Below are positions 62,232 to 64,000 of a stretch of 64,000 nucleotides of DNA, piece after piece. The notes under the pieces are model-generated. The model was not told where the DNA came from and did no database searches. It saw nothing but the letters and a program-made list of their open reading frames with translations. The position numbers and the translations under genes were made by a program. The DNA is from an uncultured Chloroflexia bacterium (GTDB lineage: Bacteria; Chloroflexota; Limnocylindria; Limnocylindrales; CSP1-4), in contig CAVZME010000011.1 in assembly GCA_963776385.1 (NCBI GenBank), positions 138,807 through 202,806 on the forward strand, read 5' to 3'. Position 1 is the first letter of the stretch. Every line of letters begins with the position of its first letter.

Positions 62232-62670
62232 TCATCGCAGGCCCTCGTTCGAGACGCATCCGGACCTGGCCGATCTGCAGCTCGTCGCCGAAACCGAGCG
62301 GCGCCACGCCCTCGACCCGCCGGCCGTTGACGTACGAGCCATTCGTGCTGTCGAGGTCCTCGATGTACCACGACTGCCCGCGATAGGTCAGGACGGCGTG
62401 GTCAGCCGACGCGAACGGGTCGTCGATGACGATGGCGTTGTTGACGTCCCGACCGAGCGCGGTGATGACGTCGAGACCGTACGACAGGCCGGCAGCCGGC
62501 TCCCCGGCCGGCGACTCGAGGATGACCAGACGGCCGGGTCGATCCGCCGGTTCACGCGCCGCCGCCCGCAGGTCGCGCAACAGCGCCCGGATGACCCGGT
62601 ACAGGAAGAGATAGATGAGGCCGAGGAACAGAAGCCGGACGGCCCACAGGACGAGGAGGAAGCCGTCCAT
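62232..62670 (-). CDS. fhaB: FhaB/FipA-like membrane-anchored FHA-domain protein; probable frameshift at the extreme C-terminus
   Basis: ATG 62670. TM helix FLLVLWAVRLLFLGLIYLFLY. FHA domain ..GRDVNNAIVIDDPFASADHAVLTYRGQSWYIEDLDSTNGSYVNGRRV..LQIGQVRMRL. The track frame runs into rodA without a stop. One +1 change after ..RMRL brings TGA 62232-62234 into frame. Span 439 nt = 3n+1. Confidence 0.7.
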
Positions 62671-63455
62671 CAGTCGGGCGCCCCGGCGACCTCGACGACG
62701 AGCGCGGTATCCCCCACCTCGAGCCGGTCACCGACACCGAGCACGACCTCGACCACCGGCACGCCGTTGACCCGCGAGCCGTTCGTGCTGCCGAGGTCGG
62801 CATAGACCAGCGTCCCCCGACGACCCACGATCCGGCCGTGATGACGGGACACCCGCCCATCCACCGCCACCAGGTCGTTGTCGGTCGCGCGGCCGATGGT
62901 CAGGCCGCCCGCCTCCACCACGACATCGCGGGTCCGGCCATCCGGGTCGGTCACGCGCAGGACGGCCCGTGGGGCGACGGGTTTCGGGATGGCGAAGACA
63001 CGGGTCGCGGTCGACTCGCTGTTATCGTCGGGCAACGGCTCGTGATGGACGAGGGCCACCGGCCCATGGCCGGCGCGACCCGGGACGGCCTCGGCGAACC
63101 GCGCATCGACGCGGATATCGGTTCGCTCGATCGCTGGGTCGGCGATCAGGTCGACCCGCGGGCGATCGACCACCGTGTAGCGATGCGCGCGGGCGAAGGC
63201 GAGCGCGCCGTCGGCGAGCTCCGAGGCGAGTGATCCGGTCATGTCGCCGAAATCGGCCAGGTCGAGGGGATGCAAGTGGACGACGAAACGGTTCGGCACG
63301 AGCGTGCGGTCGGACGTCGTCAGGCGCTCGCCCTCCATCGCCCGCTCGATCCGTCGCTGCAGCTGGACGGGCTGCAGACGCGCCCGGAAGAGGCGTGCCG
63401 AGGGGCGCTCAAACAGGCGTTCGAAGAACCGCTCGATGGCGGTGAGTTGCGGCAT
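62670..63455 (-). CDS. fhaA: FhaA-like protein (DUF3662-type N-terminal domain + C-terminal FHA domain)
   Basis: 261-aa single ORF. N-terminus MPQLTAIERFFERLFERPSARLFRARLQPVQLQRRIERAM.. and FHA domain ..LTIGRATDNDLVAVDGRVSRHHGRIVGRRGTLVYADLGSTNGSRVNG... Stop overlaps the fhaB start by 1 nt. Confidence 0.8.
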   Translation of the reverse strand: MPQLTAIERFFERLFERPSARLFRARLQPVQLQRRIERAMEGERLTTSDRTLVPNRFVVHLHPLDLADFGDMTGSLASELADGALAFARAHRYTVVDRPRVDLIADPAIERTDIRVDARFAEAVPGRAGHGPVALVHHEPLPDDNSESTATRVFAIPKPVAPRAVLRVTDPDGRTRDVVVEAGGLTIGRATDNDLVAVDGRVSRHHGRIVGRRGTLVYADLGSTNGSRVNGVPVVEVVLGVGDRLEVGDTALVVEVAGAPD

Positions 63456-63570
63456 GGTCGGTCGCGGAGTCTACCAGAGGGTCCTGAGAACTCCCGCCGG
63501 CCCGCCTCCACCCTGACATTCGCCGCATGACCGGGGTACCCACGGTGGAAGGGCGCACGAATCACTGCGC

Positions 63571-63576
63571 TATACT
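63571..63576 (+). promoter_or_regulatory. candidate -10 box (TATACT) for the divergent zinc-ribbon gene
   Basis: TATACT lies 60 nt upstream of ATG 63637, in the 181-nt divergent gap to fhaA. The -35 is poor. Confidence 0.3.
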
Positions 63577-63636
63577 CTCGACCCGCTCGGGCGGCACGGC
63601 CGGTCGGGCGTTGGCCGCGCGGTAGCCGGGGACCCG

Positions 63637-64000
63637 ATGACAGAGATCCTGACCGAATCGTTCTGCGAGCGCTGTGGCACACGCTACACGTTCGAGTCTG
63701 CGCGCCCGAAGCTGCGGCTCAAGGGCATGAAGACCGTCTCCCGCGGATTGAAGAACTTCGTCCTGTCCGATGGCACCTCGATGGACGAGGCGATGGCGGC
63801 CGCTCGGAGCGAGACGGAGCGCGAGGTCACCGCGTACCAGCTCGACGCCTTCCACAAGACATTCAACTTCTGCATGCAGTGCCGGCAATACACGTGCCCC
63901 AACTGCTGGAACGAGGTCGAAGCGCGCTGCCTGACCTGCGCGCCACACCTCGGCCATGAGGTCATGCCGGCGCCGTTCCCCGACCTTCCCGCGACGCCCC
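63637..64000 (+). CDS. double zinc-ribbon protein, partial (continues beyond window end)
   Basis: My translation from ATG 63637 has no stop to position 64000: MTEILTESFCERCGTRYTFESARPKLRLKGMKTVSRGLKNF..FNFCMQCRQYTCPNCWNEVEARCLTCAPHLGHEV.. (CxxC, then CxxC..CxxC..CxxC). It is not in the ORF track because it is open at the window edge. Confidence 0.6.
   Translation, partial: MTEILTESFCERCGTRYTFESARPKLRLKGMKTVSRGLKNFVLSDGTSMDEAMAAARSETEREVTAYQLDAFHKTFNFCMQCRQYTCPNCWNEVEARCLTCAPHLGHEVMPAPFPDLPATP

Noticed and set aside
380-62670. Programmed ribosomal frameshifting or transcriptional slippage as the cause of the split genes.
   Set aside because: There are far too many sites (about 50) in unrelated genes, with no shared slippery heptamer or downstream structure. 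Several interrupt conserved catalytic cores mid-motif, for example GID | AAH in dprA and DP | TGD in pbpA.
1-64000. CRISPR arrays, rRNA genes, transposases, integrases and prophage modules.
   Set aside because: Reading both strands, I found no regularly spaced direct repeats, no rRNA-like conserved stretches, and no DDE, tyrosine or serine recombinase or phage structural motifs in any ORF. I cannot run a repeat finder, so short or degenerate repeats could have been missed.

Overview
High-GC (about 70%) bacterial chromosomal segment. Gene content and order (fhaA-fhaB-rodA-pbpA, CpaE-type receiver/ParA fusions, TrpB2, MoxR-DUF58-transglutaminase) suggest a Terrabacteria lineage such as Chloroflexota or Actinomycetota. 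I resolve about 60 protein genes, roughly three quarters on the minus strand, often chained by 1- or 4-nt stop/start overlaps (ATGA, GTGA). There is one tRNA (anticodon CAT). I saw no rRNA, CRISPR array, transposase, integrase or phage genes. Content is mostly housekeeping: DNA repair and recombination (comM-dprA, rarA, a UvrD-type helicase-nuclease, an MrfA/MrfB-like helicase-exonuclease pair), cell envelope (murI, murJ, rodA, pbpA, FHA proteins, FtsB-like), proteostasis (ftsH), and amino-acid metabolism (tyrA, trpB2, serA operon, agmatinase, M20 peptidases). The most striking property is that about 50 single-base frame changes are needed to read at least 24 genes. Almost all behave as +1 insertions, and they cluster in patches that hit normally essential genes, so consensus error is more likely than real decay. 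Many long Arg/Pro/Gly-rich ORFs in the track are antisense shadows of real genes. I do not see a convincing self-contained novel multi-gene system. The best follow-ups are a DnaB-C-terminal-only ATPase, two orphan CpaE-type genes, a probable non-canonical serine operon, an FHA/SEDS/PBP cluster lacking kinase and phosphatase, and an unassigned 360-nt region beside the tRNA.
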